Shown one piece after another: positions 26,061 to 41,185 of a DNA stretch of 64,000 nt. This stretch comes from Octopus vulgaris (lineage: Eukaryota), in contig OX597832.1 of the NCBI GenBank assembly GCA_951406725.2, forward strand, positions 42,594,001 through 42,658,000, given 5' to 3'. The first letter of the stretch is position 1; each line of letters opens with the position of its first letter. The position numbers were made by a program, and so were the translations under genes. Below the pieces are notes generated by a model, which had not been told where the DNA came from, ran no database searches, and saw only the letters and a list, made by a program, of their open reading frames with translations.

Positions 26061-26095
<35 letters not shown>

Positions 26096-26118
26096 GTAGG
26101 TAGGTATATATATATGTG

Positions 26119-26189
<71 letters not shown>

Positions 26190-26489
26190 AACACAAACAC
26201 ACACACACACAGTTCCTTTTCTCACCGAAGCTCTCTCTTTCTGTCTTCCCTGTCTCTTCTCCACCTCTTTATATCCTCCTCCCCTCACTCTTTCAGTTCC
26301 TCCTGTTTTCCTGTAGCCCTATTTTACTATTTATCCCAGCTCCCTATGACCCCTGCACCACTCTCCATGAATTCCCTAACTGCCGGTGAAGAGAAAATGC
26401 CTTCAGAAAGGCAACTGAGTTGCAGAAGAATACATAAGGGATTGTTTTCGGTCAAGCAACTGTTCAGTTAATAATAGCAATTTTAACAG

Positions 26490-27830
<1,341 letters not shown>

Positions 27831-27999
27831 TTCATATCTTGGAACAGGGCTAGCACTTTTAGGTGTGTGTGTGTGTGAGTGTAGGGTGGCGGTGGTGGTG
27901 GTGGTGTTGATAGTTGATTACATCGACACCAGTGCATAACTAGTACTTACTTTATCGACCCAATAATAATATTAATAATGAGAATAGACGTGATAACGA

Positions 28000-28051
<52 letters not shown>

Positions 28052-28134
28052 GCCGCTGCTGCTGCTGCTGCTGCTGATGATGATCATGATGATGATGATC
28101 TTGATATATTTTATAATATCGGTATTCTTTTATC

Positions 28135-28275
28135 CTTTTTATTGTTTTATTTGTTTCACTCATTTGACTGTGGCCATACTGGAGCACGGCCTTTAGTCGA
28201 GCAAATCGACCGCAGGACTTATTCTTCGTAAGCCGAGTACTTATTCTGTCGGTGTTTTTTGCCGAACCGCTAAGT
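28135..28275 (-). mobile_element. SINE family A 3' end
   Basis: TTGTTTCACTCATTTGACTGTGGCCATACTGGAGCAC...GCCGAACCGCTAAG. Confidence 0.85.
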
Positions 28276-28356
28276 ATGTATACATACTCAAAACGTAATA
28301 AATATTTATGCATACTTTACACTCTCATATCACTTTCTATTTTCCACCCCACGTGC

Positions 28357-28401
<45 letters not shown>

Positions 28402-28511
28402 GTAGATAGATAGACAGATACATACAAATATATATACATATTTTTACCAATACACACACACACATATATAGAGATAGATAGATGGATACACATATATATA
28501 CATATGTATTC

Positions 28512-28566
<55 letters not shown>

Positions 28567-28667
28567 TTCTGCATATATGTATGTAAGTATTTCAATATAC
28601 CTATACCTCCTTTTCTCTCTTTCTCCCACCTCAGTACGCATACCAACATAATCTCACATACATATGC

Positions 28668-28698
<31 letters not shown>

Positions 28699-28724
28699 CA
28701 TGGATACATGTATACATACATACA

Positions 28725-28819
<95 letters not shown>

Positions 28820-29062
28820 TATACACACACATATATATATATACATACAGGTATGTGTGTCAGTACACGTTGCTCATAATACACAGATCTCTTCCTCTTT
28901 CGCTCTCCTTCCAGTTATAGTCTTTGCTTTCACCACAAACCTCCTTCCTTCCGGAAGCCATCTTGTGTGCGTCAGTGTCATGAACGAGTTTCACCCTGTT
29001 GCTGTTCCTAATACTGCAGTTGCAGCTTCTGCTGCTGCTGCTACTGCTGCTACTGCTGCTAC

Positions 29063-29094
<32 letters not shown>

Positions 29095-29197
29095 GTGTTG
29101 TTGTTGTTACAGTTGTTTGTGCAGACTGCTTGCATCACATCACCAGGTGAGAGATGTGTTGGTTTTGTTGATTGGTATCTAGATGTGTGGAGTTATG

Positions 29198-29244
<47 letters not shown>

Positions 29245-29297
29245 GAGAGAGAGAGAGGTGGAGACAGACAGTAAGAGAGACTCATAGGGAGGAAAAT

Positions 29298-29413
<116 letters not shown>

Positions 29414-29416
29414 ATA

Positions 29417-29447
<31 letters not shown>

Positions 29448-29573
29448 GCATATATATATATTATATGTATATATGTATGTATGTATATATATATATATAT
29501 ATATTTATATATGTATATATATACACACACATATATATACATCCATATATATAAATACATATGCATACATACA

Positions 29574-29630
<57 letters not shown>

Positions 29631-29919
29631 TGCATAAAGAATTAGAGATAGAACGACTGAGAACGAGATAGAAAGAGAGAGAATAGGAGAGAGAGAGAGA
29701 GAGAGAGGGGGGAGAGAGACAGCCGGGGGGGGGGGATGGTAGTGGGAGAGAAGTAGACAAAAATAATTGTTGAACGAGAGTGATACAGAAAGAAAGAAAG
29801 AAAGAAAGAAGTAAAAAAGAAAGAAAGAGAGAATAAGACTTGGAAAGAAAGAAAAAAATTGAAATTGATAAAAATAGAGGGAGCGATTGTAGAATGGAGA
29901 TAAGGAGACACTACGCTCG

Positions 29920-30120
29920 CACACACTCACATACACACACACATACACACACACACATACACACACATAAACACACACACACACACATAGACACGCATAC
30001 ACACACATAAACACACACACACATACAGACACATAAACACACATACACACACATAAACACACACACACACACAGACACATAAACACACACACACACACAC
30101 ACACACATACACACACACAG

Positions 30121-30163
<43 letters not shown>

Positions 30164-30203
30164 CACACACATACAGACACAAACACACATACAGACACAT
30201 AAA

Positions 30204-30250
<47 letters not shown>

Positions 30251-30342
30251 ACACACACACACACAGACACATAAACACACACACACACAGACACACACAC
30301 ATAAACACACACACATACACAGACACATAAACACACACACAC
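29920..30342. repeat. (CA)n-based minisatellite with ACAGACACATAAAC units
   Basis: Direct reading. Confidence 0.9.
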
Positions 30343-30456
30343 GAATATGCCTATACGTGTTTATTCATTTATACAAACAGTTATTGTTTTAAATATACGC
30401 ATCTCTGTAAACATGCGCAAAATATATACACACTATAGACCTGTGGAATCTCAGTA

Positions 30457-30822
30457 TAAGCGCAAGATTGGCCGTGCGGTAAGTAGCTTGCTTCCCAACC
30501 ACATGGTTCCGGGTTCAGTTCCACTGCGTGGCACCTTGGGCAAGTGTCTTCTACTATAGCCTCGGGCTGACCAAAGCCTTGTGAGTGGATTTGGTAGACG
30601 GAAACTGATAGAAGCCCGCCGTATATATATATGTGTGTATGTATGTGCGTGTGTCTGTGTTTGTACCCCCACCTTCGCTTGACAACCGATGCTGGAGTGT
30701 TTACGTCACCGTAACGTAGCGGTTCGGCAAAAGAGATCGATAGAATAAGTTCTAGGCTTACAAAGAATAAATCCAGCATGGCCGCAGTCAAATGACTGAG
30801 ACGAATAAAAGAATAAAAGAGA
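30457..30822 (+). mobile_element. SINE family A, full head, small deletion in tail
   Basis: GTAAGTAGCTTGCTTCCCAACCACATGGTTCCGGGTTCAGTTCCACTGCGTGGCACCTTGGGCAAG etc. Confidence 0.9.
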
Positions 30823-30874
30823 TACATACATGTGTGTGTGTATGTGTGTGTGTGTGTACACATAGAATAAGAGA

Positions 30875-31110
30875 GAGAGAGAGAGAGAAATGCATAAGGA
30901 GAGAGAGAGAGAGAGAGGAACAGAGAGAGGAACAAGGAGAGCGCGCGAAAGAGAGGGAGAGAGAGAGAAATGCATGAGGAGAGAGAGAGAGAGAGAGGAA
31001 CAGAGAGAGGAAAAGGAGAGCGCACGAAAGAGAGGGAGAGAGAGAGAAATGCATGAGGAGAGAGAGAGAGAGGAACAGAGAGAGGAACAAGGAGAGCGCA
31101 CGAAAGAGAG
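30875..31110. repeat. ~70-80 bp AG-rich minisatellite, 3 copies
   Basis: GAGAAATGCAT.AGGAG(AG)nGAACAGAGAGAGGAA.AAGGAGAGCGC.CGAAAG at ~30885, ~30965, ~31043. Confidence 0.9.
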
Positions 31111-31150
31111 AGAGTTCGCGAGAGAGAGGGGAACAAGAAGAGCGCGGGAA

Positions 31151-31188
<38 letters not shown>

Positions 31189-31189
31189 A

Positions 31190-31625
31190 GTATCTGTGTA
31201 TAATCAGTCAACATCAACACGGTGTATCTATTTAGTCAACATTTACAGTCTTGTGTTTACCCAGTTAGCATCAACACTGTAACGATCCAGTCAACATTAT
31301 TCATACTTTGTTTAGACATCAGCCTCTGTGTAATACATCCAACAGACATCAACCATTGCATCTGTTCAGCCGACACCAGCATAGTATACATTATATATAT
31401 ATATGTATGTATGTATACACACTCAACACGAACATGGTGTATTTATCCAGTCCTTGGTGACACTTGCTCTATCCAGTCAACATCAGCGGAGTCTCTCTCT
31501 CTCAACATTTACACCTTGTCTATTCATTCAGTCAACATCGACATCATGTTAACTGCCCAATCAACAACTACGTGTTGCATATTTTTAGTCAACATCTACA
31601 AGCTTTCTATCTTTCTTTCTTTCTC

Positions 31626-31691
<66 letters not shown>

Positions 31692-31718
31692 TTTCTTTCT
31701 TTCCTTCTTTCTATCTTA

Positions 31719-31769
<51 letters not shown>

Positions 31770-31809
31770 ACTTTGTTACTTTCTATCTTTCTTTCTTTCT
31801 TTCCTTCTT

Positions 31810-31843
<34 letters not shown>

Positions 31844-31969
31844 CTTTCTTTCTTTCTTTCTTTCTTTCTTTCCTTTCTCTCTTTCTTTCTTTCTTTCTTT
31901 TTTTTCTTTCTTTCTTTCCTTTCTTTCTTTCTTTCTATCTTCCTTTCTTTCTTTCTTTCTCTCTTTCTC

Positions 31970-32017
<48 letters not shown>

Positions 32018-32065
32018 TCATTCTTTCTTCCTTTCTTTCTCTCTTTCTTTCAATCTTTCTTTCTT

Positions 32066-32144
<79 letters not shown>

Positions 32145-32171
32145 CTATTTCTCTCCTTCTTTCTATCTTTT

Positions 32172-32202
<31 letters not shown>

Positions 32203-32286
32203 CTCTTTCCCTCTTTCTTTCTTTCTTTCTTTCTTTCTTTTTTCTTTCTTTCTTTCTTTCTTTTTTTCTTTCTTTCTTTCTTCCTT

Positions 32287-32320
<34 letters not shown>

Positions 32321-32975
32321 ATCTATCCAGGCAACGATGGCACTGCCTATCAAGTCAACTTTTACGCCTTGTCTATCCACTTCACACTCTCATATCACTC
32401 AACACCAACACACTGTAACAGCCCAATAAACAACTGCACGTTACACCTTTTCAGTCCACATCTACAAGCTCTCTCTTTCTCTCTCTCTCCCTCCCCCTCT
32501 CTCTCTCGTATCTGTCCAGTCAATTTCTTTATTAACCATGAGGCTGAGAAAAAGAGGGGACGATACGAGGACAGGCAAAAAACAAACATTGGGGGTCAAG
32601 GTATCGAATGAGACGAAACCTATGAATAAACAAACAATTAGCCACGGCATCCCTAGCTCACCCCTCAGTGGCTTTAGGCCGCAGATAGAGCGGCTAACAA
32701 GAGGTCTGCTGCCCCTCCACAAAACGCGAAAGAGCATGCATTCCAGCTTGTTCAGCCACGAATCGGAGCAAGGCACGACTGTCAGGCGGTAAGTGATTAC
32801 AGAGGCCAGTCAAAGGTGACACAGCTTATCAAGTAGACATCAACAGTGTGACTCTCTAGTCAACAACTACACACTGTATCTATCCAGTCAACATATACAC
32901 GCTTCATCCGTCTATTTAGCATCTACTTACTGCATCTATCCTGTCAACATCCGCTCGCTGTATCTATTTACTTAC
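31190..32975. repeat. Degenerate ~25-bp minisatellite (TATCCAGTCAACATCAACAC) split by a (TTTC)n array and a LINE fragment
   Basis: AGTCAACA recurs at multiples of ~25 bp at 31190-31600, 32320-32520 and 32810-32975; (TTTC)n at 31605-32295. Confidence 0.8.
32524..32805 (-). mobile_element. Tx1/L1-clade LINE fragment (ORF2 piece fused to 3' UTR) with 8-bp TSD
   Basis: ASVITYRLTVVPCSDSWLNKLECMLFRVLWRGSRPLVSRSICGLKPLRGELGMPWL matches the post-RT F.W....P...GGLG.P motif; AATAAA at 3' end; CCAGTCAA at 32516-23 and 32806-13. Confidence 0.75.
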
Positions 32976-32998
32976 ACACTTTGTTTCTTAAATATTTA

Positions 32999-33163
32999 GG
33001 CGCAGGAGTGGCTGTGTGGTAAGTAGCTTGTTTACCAACTACATGGTTCTGGGTTCAATCCCACTGCGTGGCACCTTGGGCAAGTGCCTTCTACAATAGC
33101 CTCGGGCCGACCAAAGCCTTGTGAGTGGATTTGGTAGACGGAAACTGAAAGAAGCCCGTCGTA

Positions 33164-33212
<49 letters not shown>

Positions 33213-33430
33213 ATGTGTGTGTGTGTGTGTTTGTGTCTGTGTTTGTCTCCCCACCAACATCGTTTGAAAACCGATGCTGGTGCGTTTACGTCTCCGTAAC
33301 TTAGCGGTTCGGCAACAGAGACCGATAGAATAAGTACTGGGCTTACAAAGAATAAGTCCCGGGGTCGATTTGCTCGACTAAAAGCGGTGCTCCAGCATGG
33401 CCGCAGTCAAATGGCTGAAACAAGTAAAAC
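32999..33430 (+). mobile_element. SINE family A, full length
   Basis: A box TGGCTGTGTGG, B box GGTTCAATCCC, internal (TA)n(TG)n, conserved tail. Confidence 0.92.
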
Positions 33431-33787
33431 ATTTAAATTCCCATTCAGAATATCGTCTGAATCTTTCATGTTATGATGGTTGTCATGTTTTTTTTCTAAA
33501 CCATTCGTTGACGACTGAGATTCTGTTGCGTCATTATGATTGGCTCATCATCTTGTCCAATCAATTTCGTATGTTTCTTTTGTTTCAGTAGTAATGCTAT
33601 TCAAATTGTATTTGCCTATTTGAATTTTAATAAATATTTTTTTTGCAAAGTCTTATTTAACGTGTTTGAATACACTCGGATGTGGGAAAACCTTTCGCTG
33701 CAGAAACAGCCTTGACTCTATTAAATATAATATTATACCAATAAATTTTATCCAACACTGCTTCATGCAACTTTATATACACACACA

Positions 33788-33892
<105 letters not shown>

Positions 33893-33930
33893 GTAGTTGA
33901 GTGAATTATCTTTCCATTCTTTCATTTATT

Positions 33931-34037
<107 letters not shown>

Positions 34038-35259
34038 TACACACAAATATATATATATATATATACATACATACATATATATATATATACATACATACAT
34101 ATATATATATACACGCTGTATATATATGTGAAAGGGAGAGAGAGAAAAAGAGAGAATGATAAGCTTATGTTAGAAACCCCCGCAAAAAAAGTAAAAAAAG
34201 ATTGAGTACATTATCATTTTATCATCCAATCCCTATGTACATGTTTTTGTCTTGAAAAACATTCTTTGGATGTATTTAATATTAGTAATCCTATAATCCA
34301 TAGTAATCCTCTCGCGAAGAATCCTTCAAACAGGCTGATCATTATTTTAACATCACATTAAGCAGCTGTAGCTTCAAAGATAGAATACAATATACAGAAT
34401 AGCTCTAATATTTATAAGCGAAAAATAAGATAGGAAACATATAGTTTAGTTCTCTCTATAGTTTAAATATTTGTTTCAACGTTGCCTGGATTTTCCTAAA
34501 CCTAATAAATACGCATTTCCCTGTAGGCTGTAATCATAAGCTATTTAATAAAAATAGTTATAGCTGCACCAGAATCTTTACTTACTTCCATTGCCTCAAT
34601 AATAATAAACAAAATCTAGTATGAAAGCGTAAAATACATCTCTATGTAGCTTGAACAGCCCAAATATCTGCCCTCTTTGCGTATGTGTCTTTCTAAAGTG
34701 TTATTTTATTGAACTAACGTCTCCTTTCTGGATAAAATTGAAAATAAAATCTGTATGAAGCTTACTGAAAATTCCTTTAAAAAGCGATTGCTGCAACATA
34801 TGTATTCATTCAGACTCTCAAAAAGACACCTCGCCATTTCACTGTACAAACATACCTGGAGTTAAAAAACAATAGGATTAACAATTATAAAATCGATCGG
34901 ACATTTGCAGAAAGAAAGCGCCCTCTACTCATTAAATATACCAAAATATACCAAAATATACCAAAGTGCGATGTGTAATAGTATGTTACTGTGTTTTTAT
35001 AATTTTGAACAAAAGATTAGGATTGGTGAATTCATGCAAACATTTTCATCCATATTCATTCAGAAATTTTCTAGTACTAACATTCTACAATGGTTTATTT
35101 ACTACTTAATGGATTTGTCATAACCTAAAATATGGCCGTATACATGTTAAAACATCCATTCATTTATTCCAAACAAGAATCTTTCATTAACAAAAGCTGC
35201 CTCCATTGCTTACGCGTGTTTTACTGAAGGCGTGGAAATATTGCGTGTGAAAATATCGC

Positions 35260-35335
35260 GTTTTGTGCGCATGCTTAGAACAGATGATTACGTGACTCAC
35301 TTTGAAGCGTTTTACTTTCAACAGCCAATCAAATC
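35260..35335. promoter_or_regulatory. Candidate promoter/enhancer motif cluster
   Basis: TGCGCATGC (NRF1-like, 35266), TTACGTGA overlapping TGACTCA (bZIP/AP-1, 35288-99), AGCCAATCA (CCAAT, 35323) in unique, locally CpG-rich DNA. Confidence 0.35.
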
Positions 35336-35502
35336 ACAATGAACTATTGACTTACTATATTTCGATACCATTGCAGGTACTTTTGCTTATATATTTTTAT
35401 ATTATTTTCTATCTTCAGTCGTTTGAGTAATCGGTAACATGAAACGTTAGATTCGCAATTACGATTCAGGAAGATTCAGGTTCCAATACAAACTCTGAGT
35501 AT

Positions 35503-35570
<68 letters not shown>

Positions 35571-35581
<11 letters not shown>

Positions 35582-35871
35582 GAAGGTTTGAAAATGCAAT
35601 TTTAAAGATGTTTATTCACTTGACCGGTTTCACTTTTTCAGAAAAATATAGTCAAAAGTAAAATGTAAAGCTTTGCATGAGCTTTGTTGAGTTACGTACT
35701 GGTTATCACAAAATTATTAAAATACATATATACATTCTTTGATAATAATAAGAAAATAAGAAATGTGTGTAGCTAAGGAACATTCCTTAGCTGCACAGAA
35801 AACAAAATGCCAGAAAGACAGGTCAGTTATTCCCCTACAATTTTTTGTAAATTCTTAAATATATCTCCTTC

Positions 35872-35924
<53 letters not shown>

Positions 35925-36205
35925 CCAAACAAACATGATTTTTATTGAACTCAAAATGCTTTTTGTAGTCCCGTTCTGATTACTTTCTTAAATGCTTTCT
36001 TGTAAACTGTTTTTAACATTTCCTTATTATTATCAAAGAATGTATATCTGTATTTTAATAATTTTGTGATAACCAGTTCTTAACACAACATAGCTTATAC
36101 AAAACTTTACATTTTACTTTGAACAATCTTTTTCTTAAAAAGTGAAACCGATCAAGTGAATAAATATCTTTAAAATTGCATTTTCAAACCTTCTTTCATA
36201 TATAT
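35571..36205. repeat. ~190-bp inverted repeat pair (Penelope-like inverted ends)
   Basis: 35571-35765 is the reverse complement of ~36017-36205; arms carry GAAACCG(G/A)TCAAGTGAATAAA. Confidence 0.85.
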
Positions 36206-36350
36206 TTCCACTCGTGCAGTACCTTACAACTTTACATTGCTATATATATATATATATATATAGATAGATAGATAAATAGCTAGATAGATAGATAGATTGA
36301 CAGATACATAAGTAGATAGACTGACACAGGAATAGCCAGATGGATAGATG

Positions 36351-36399
<49 letters not shown>

Positions 36400-36409
36400 G
36401 GAGACTGAC

Positions 36410-36444
<35 letters not shown>

Positions 36445-36904
36445 GAGATAGATAGATAGATAGAGAGATTGACGTTTCACATAGTTTCCGTTTACCAAAT
36501 TCTCACCAACTGGTTTCATCATTCACACACTAACAAATACACACACACACACACACACAAACACACATCCACATACACATACACACACACAAATCATTAA
36601 TATACACGCACACACAAAACAAACCCTTACACATTCTCGCTCTTTCTCATACATACACAAACGTCACGTGTTCATCAAATTGAATGACAGATGATGGTAC
36701 TGTAGTCAGTTTTAGGGTCTTCTAAAAGGGGTTATACGGATGGATACCATGAAACTAATATGGTTGTTATACATTCGCAACTGACTGACATTTAGGGAGA
36801 TATGACACTGCTTGGCAGGTCTGTGGACCCTGCTGAAAATTTAGGGCGTCTATGGAAATAAAATAAATTGAAAGAGGAAAAAAGTGGGGTTGGTTAGTCA
36901 AGAT

Positions 36905-36938
<34 letters not shown>

Positions 36939-37080
36939 CCATATCCGAGAGAAAGGGACTTGTAAATTAGCGAAAAGAAGTAAAAAAAAAAGGGTGGTTT
37001 AATAGAAAATTAGTGACATCTGGAAAATGGTTGACCCAGAATATTTTCTTAATTATTCTTTGCCCCTTAATATGGGTGTC

Positions 37081-37126
<46 letters not shown>

Positions 37127-37242
37127 GCACACACACACACACACACACAGAGAAACGCACACAAAATATATATATATCTCTCTCTCTCTGACACACACAC
37201 GAAACACACACACAAGCGTGTAGACATATATAAATTACATAT

Positions 37243-37722
37243 AGGCGCAGGCGTGGCCGTATGGTAAGATGTTTGCTTCACAACCACATGGTTCCAGGTT
37301 CAGTCCTTGGGAAAGTGTCTTCTATTACAACCTCGGGCCGACCAAAGACTTGTGAGTGGAATTGTTTGACGGAAAACGAAAGAAGCCCTCCGTATATATA
37401 TATATATATATATATATATACAACCCCTATCTCAATTTGTATATATATATGTATGTGTGTGTGTGTATGTTGCTGTATGCATGAGTATGCGTGAGAGTGC
37501 GTGTGTGTGTCTCCCTACAACCGCTTGACAACTGGTGTTGGTCTGTTGGTTTGTTTGCAGCCCCATAACTTAGCGTTTCGGCAAAAGCGAACGATAGAGA
37601 AGTACCAGACTTTTAAAAATTATAAATAAGTGCTACTGTTGATTCATTTGATTCATTTGCTGCCGTTGATTCAAGGCGGTGCCCCAGCATGGCCACGATC
37701 AAATGACTGAAACAAGTAAAAG
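37243..37722 (+). mobile_element. SINE family A (older subfamily)
   Basis: GGCGCAGGCGTGGCCGTATGGTAAG head through GCCCCAGCATGGCCAC...AAATGACTGAAACAAGTAAAAG tail. Confidence 0.88.
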
Positions 37723-37764
37723 GATATATGTATATACATATATATACATATGTATATATACATA

Positions 37765-37832
<68 letters not shown>

Positions 37833-38029
37833 TATACACATATATATACGTACGTATATACACACACACGAACACACCGCACACACATATATATACGCAT
37901 ATATACTTACATATATACACACCAATGTATGTATATATGTATGTATAATATCTTATATGTAGATGGGAAGGAGCGTATGTCTAGAATCAATTGCAAAAGA
38001 TATTTGTTAGCTGACCTCAACACTGGCTT

Positions 38030-38077
<48 letters not shown>

Positions 38078-39202
38078 AGTGACTCACACATACTTGACCG
38101 GTGGACTCACGTAGTGGCAGCCGATTCCCATACACTCACGTATATACCACTGAAGCACTCACTCTCACTGACTCAGTCACTCAATAAGTCGCTTACTCAC
38201 TCACTCACTGACACACCGATTCACACACGTTTTACACACTCAAACGACACTCAATCACCCATGGTTATTCACTCACTGTTTCACACACCCGAGCGCACGT
38301 AGTCACTCCTCACTCATTCACTCACTCATGCACTAACTTACTAGCACTCACATTCACTCACTCACACACTCACTCACTCACTCACTCACTCACTCACCCA
38401 CTCACTCACTCACTCAGTCACTCACTCATGCACTAACTTACTAACACACTCACACTAACTCACTCACTCACTCACTCACACACTCACTCACTCACTCACT
38501 CAATTCACTCACTCACTCATACACTCACTCACGCATTGTTTCTCTAACACTCACACTCACTCACTCGCTCACTCACTGTTTCATACATACGCACGCTCAC
38601 GCTCATTCACTTACACATTCACGCACACACACACACTCTCTCTTTCTCTCACTCACATTCACACTCACTCACTCACTGTTTCACATATATGCATGCTCAC
38701 ACTCATTCACTTACTTACAAACTCACGCACACACACATTCTCTCTCTTTCTGTCACACTCATATTCATGCTCACTCACTCACTCACTCACTCATTCACTG
38801 TTTCACACATACGCACGTTCACGCTCATTCTCTTACACACTCACGCACACACACACACACACACACTCGCTTTCTCTCACACACATTTCCACTCACTCAC
38901 TCACTCTCTCTCTCATACTCACACATTATACACACACACATACACACACTCACACACACACATGCACATACACACATGCACACACACATGCACATACACA
39001 CAAAACGCACACACACACACTCCCTCACTCTCTTATACTCACACACACACACACACACACGCACATACACACAAAACGCACACACACACACTCACTCCCT
39101 CACTCTCTTATACTCACACACACACACACACACACATGCACAGACACACATGCACACATACACACACACACATACACACACACACATGCACATACACACA
39201 AA

Positions 39203-39233
<31 letters not shown>

Positions 39234-39300
39234 TGCACACACACACACAAGCACATACACACAAAACGCACACACACACTCACTCACTCCCTCACTCATC
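38030..39300. repeat. (CACT)n/(CA)n compound array with internal duplications
   Basis: Direct reading. Confidence 0.9.
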
Positions 39301-40025
39301 CTACAGAATTTTTCACAATTCCAACTTGTTGCTGCAGCCACTGCATATTATATGGAAGCCACAACTAACTGCATTCTTGAGTGAAGAGACACGGTTTGCA
39401 AAAATCGATACCGAACCGTTCAGCGTAGTGTAGTCAATAGATAATGTATTTACACACACAGACATCATGGGCTACCTGCTACAACACGGATCAAAGGCTA
39501 CATTTCGAATCGATGTTAGAGGCGACGTATAAAAATGGCGGATAACATGAGTCATTAGACGGTGTAGAAAAGAGGAGAGAAACTGAATGATTTAACCCTA
39601 CAGTCTTTCGTGGAAGAAAAACAACAAAAAAAAACTAACAAAAGCAAAACAAAATTGTAATAATAGTAATAATAATAATAATAATAATAATGATCGTCGG
39701 AATAGTAATTGTGAGGTGCTGCTGACGTAATCTCGGTCTAATAAACAAAATGAGTCATACCTGTTCATTTGTAGTTCGCTGTCGTAACCTTAAATTATGA
39801 ATTAAGTTTTTCATATAAAAGTTACCGATATATAAATATTTAATGGCTTTTTCTCTCGTTGTTGTTGTTGTTGTTGTCTTTGTCTTTGTCGGTAGATTGT
39901 TAGAAAGACAGTTACATATATATATATATATATATATACCGTAAAATAGAATGAGAAATAGTCACTCATACACAAACACACTCACACACGCAGAAATATG
40001 GGAATAGATACTCTTTCTTTTTTTC

Positions 40026-40227
40026 ACTCTTTTACTTGTTTCAGTCATTTGACTGCGGCCATGCTGGAGCACCGCCTTTAGTCGACCAAATCGACCCCGG
40101 GACTTATTCTTTTTGTAAGCCCAGTACTTATTCTATCGGTCTCTGTTTGCCGAACCGCTAAGTGACGGGAACGTAAACACACCAGCATCGGTTGTCAAGC
40201 AATGCTAGGGGGACAAACACAGACACA

Positions 40228-40275
<48 letters not shown>

Positions 40276-40467
40276 CACACACACATATATATATATACAT
40301 ATATACGACAGGCTTCTTTCAGTTTCCGTCTACCAAATCCACTCACAAGGCATTGGTCGGCCCGGGGCTATAGCAGAAGACACTTGCCCAAGATGCCACG
40401 CAGTGGGACTGAACCCGGAACCATGTGGTTGGTTAGCAAGCTACTTACCACACAGCCACTCCTGCGC
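40026..40467 (-). mobile_element. SINE family A, full length
   Basis: Reverse complement nearly identical to 60318-60722 (shared CCAATGCC and CCCCTAGCATTGC variants). Confidence 0.92.
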
Positions 40468-40498
40468 ATAGATTTGAATAAAAATGTGTGTGAATATA

Positions 40499-40740
40499 CA
40501 GGATGCGGTGAATAAACTGTCGTCCAAAATACGCAAAAATGAAAATAACACTGTCGACTCATTTTAACAGATATACTTAGCAAAATTACATAAAAATATT
40601 TTGAAATACTAAACAGTAAATCTATTCAATAAAACTGCCATTGGCTTCAACCTCAGCCCCAAGACGACTCTGGAATCTTCTGCAGCTCTTCTGGATGGTA
40701 TCTTTGTTTAAATTGGTGAATGCTGCCATAATCCTTGCTC
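40499..40740 (-). mobile_element. Tc1/mariner-superfamily (maT/Tc1-like) transposon 3' end
   Basis: ARIMAAFTNLNKDTIQKSCRRFQSRLGAEVEANGSFIE* (40738-40622) is a Tc1-type C-terminus; TA|CAGGATGCGGTGAATAAACTG terminal repeat. Confidence 0.8.
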
Positions 40741-40811
40741 AATGCACCCTGTCACTCTTAGTGACGGTGAATCATTTCCTTCATGGCTTTAAATTGCTGC
40801 TAGCTAACTTG

Positions 40812-40868
<57 letters not shown>

Positions 40869-41004
40869 GGAGTTAAACGCAGATGTTATTCGAATTCTTT
40901 TACTTCCGACACATGTTTCGAAAATATCGCTGGTATTATTCCAAAGGAATAAAATGGTGTAAAACAATGTAATCTTCTCTTCAGGGAAATGAATGAAACT
41001 CGTT

Positions 41005-41043
41005 ACCGCCACCGCCACCACCACCACCACCACCACCACCACC

Positions 41044-41134
<91 letters not shown>

Positions 41135-41185
41135 ATAATAATAATAATAATAGTAATAATAACAACAACAGCAATAGCAACAACA
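41005..41185. repeat. (CAC)n(TAC)n(AAT)n compound microsatellite
   Basis: Direct reading. Confidence 0.95.

Noticed and set aside
26300-26470. Possible coding exon ([24 protein letters not shown])
   Set aside because: Acceptor-like AGs exist but there is no convincing donor and no recognisable homology
31190-31600. CRISPR-like periodic repeat
   Set aside because: Degenerate tandem ~25-bp units without unique spacers, no cas genes, eukaryotic context
38325-38550. ACTAAC (STAR/QKI or branch-point) motif cluster
   Set aside because: Explained by single changes and duplication within the (CACT)n array
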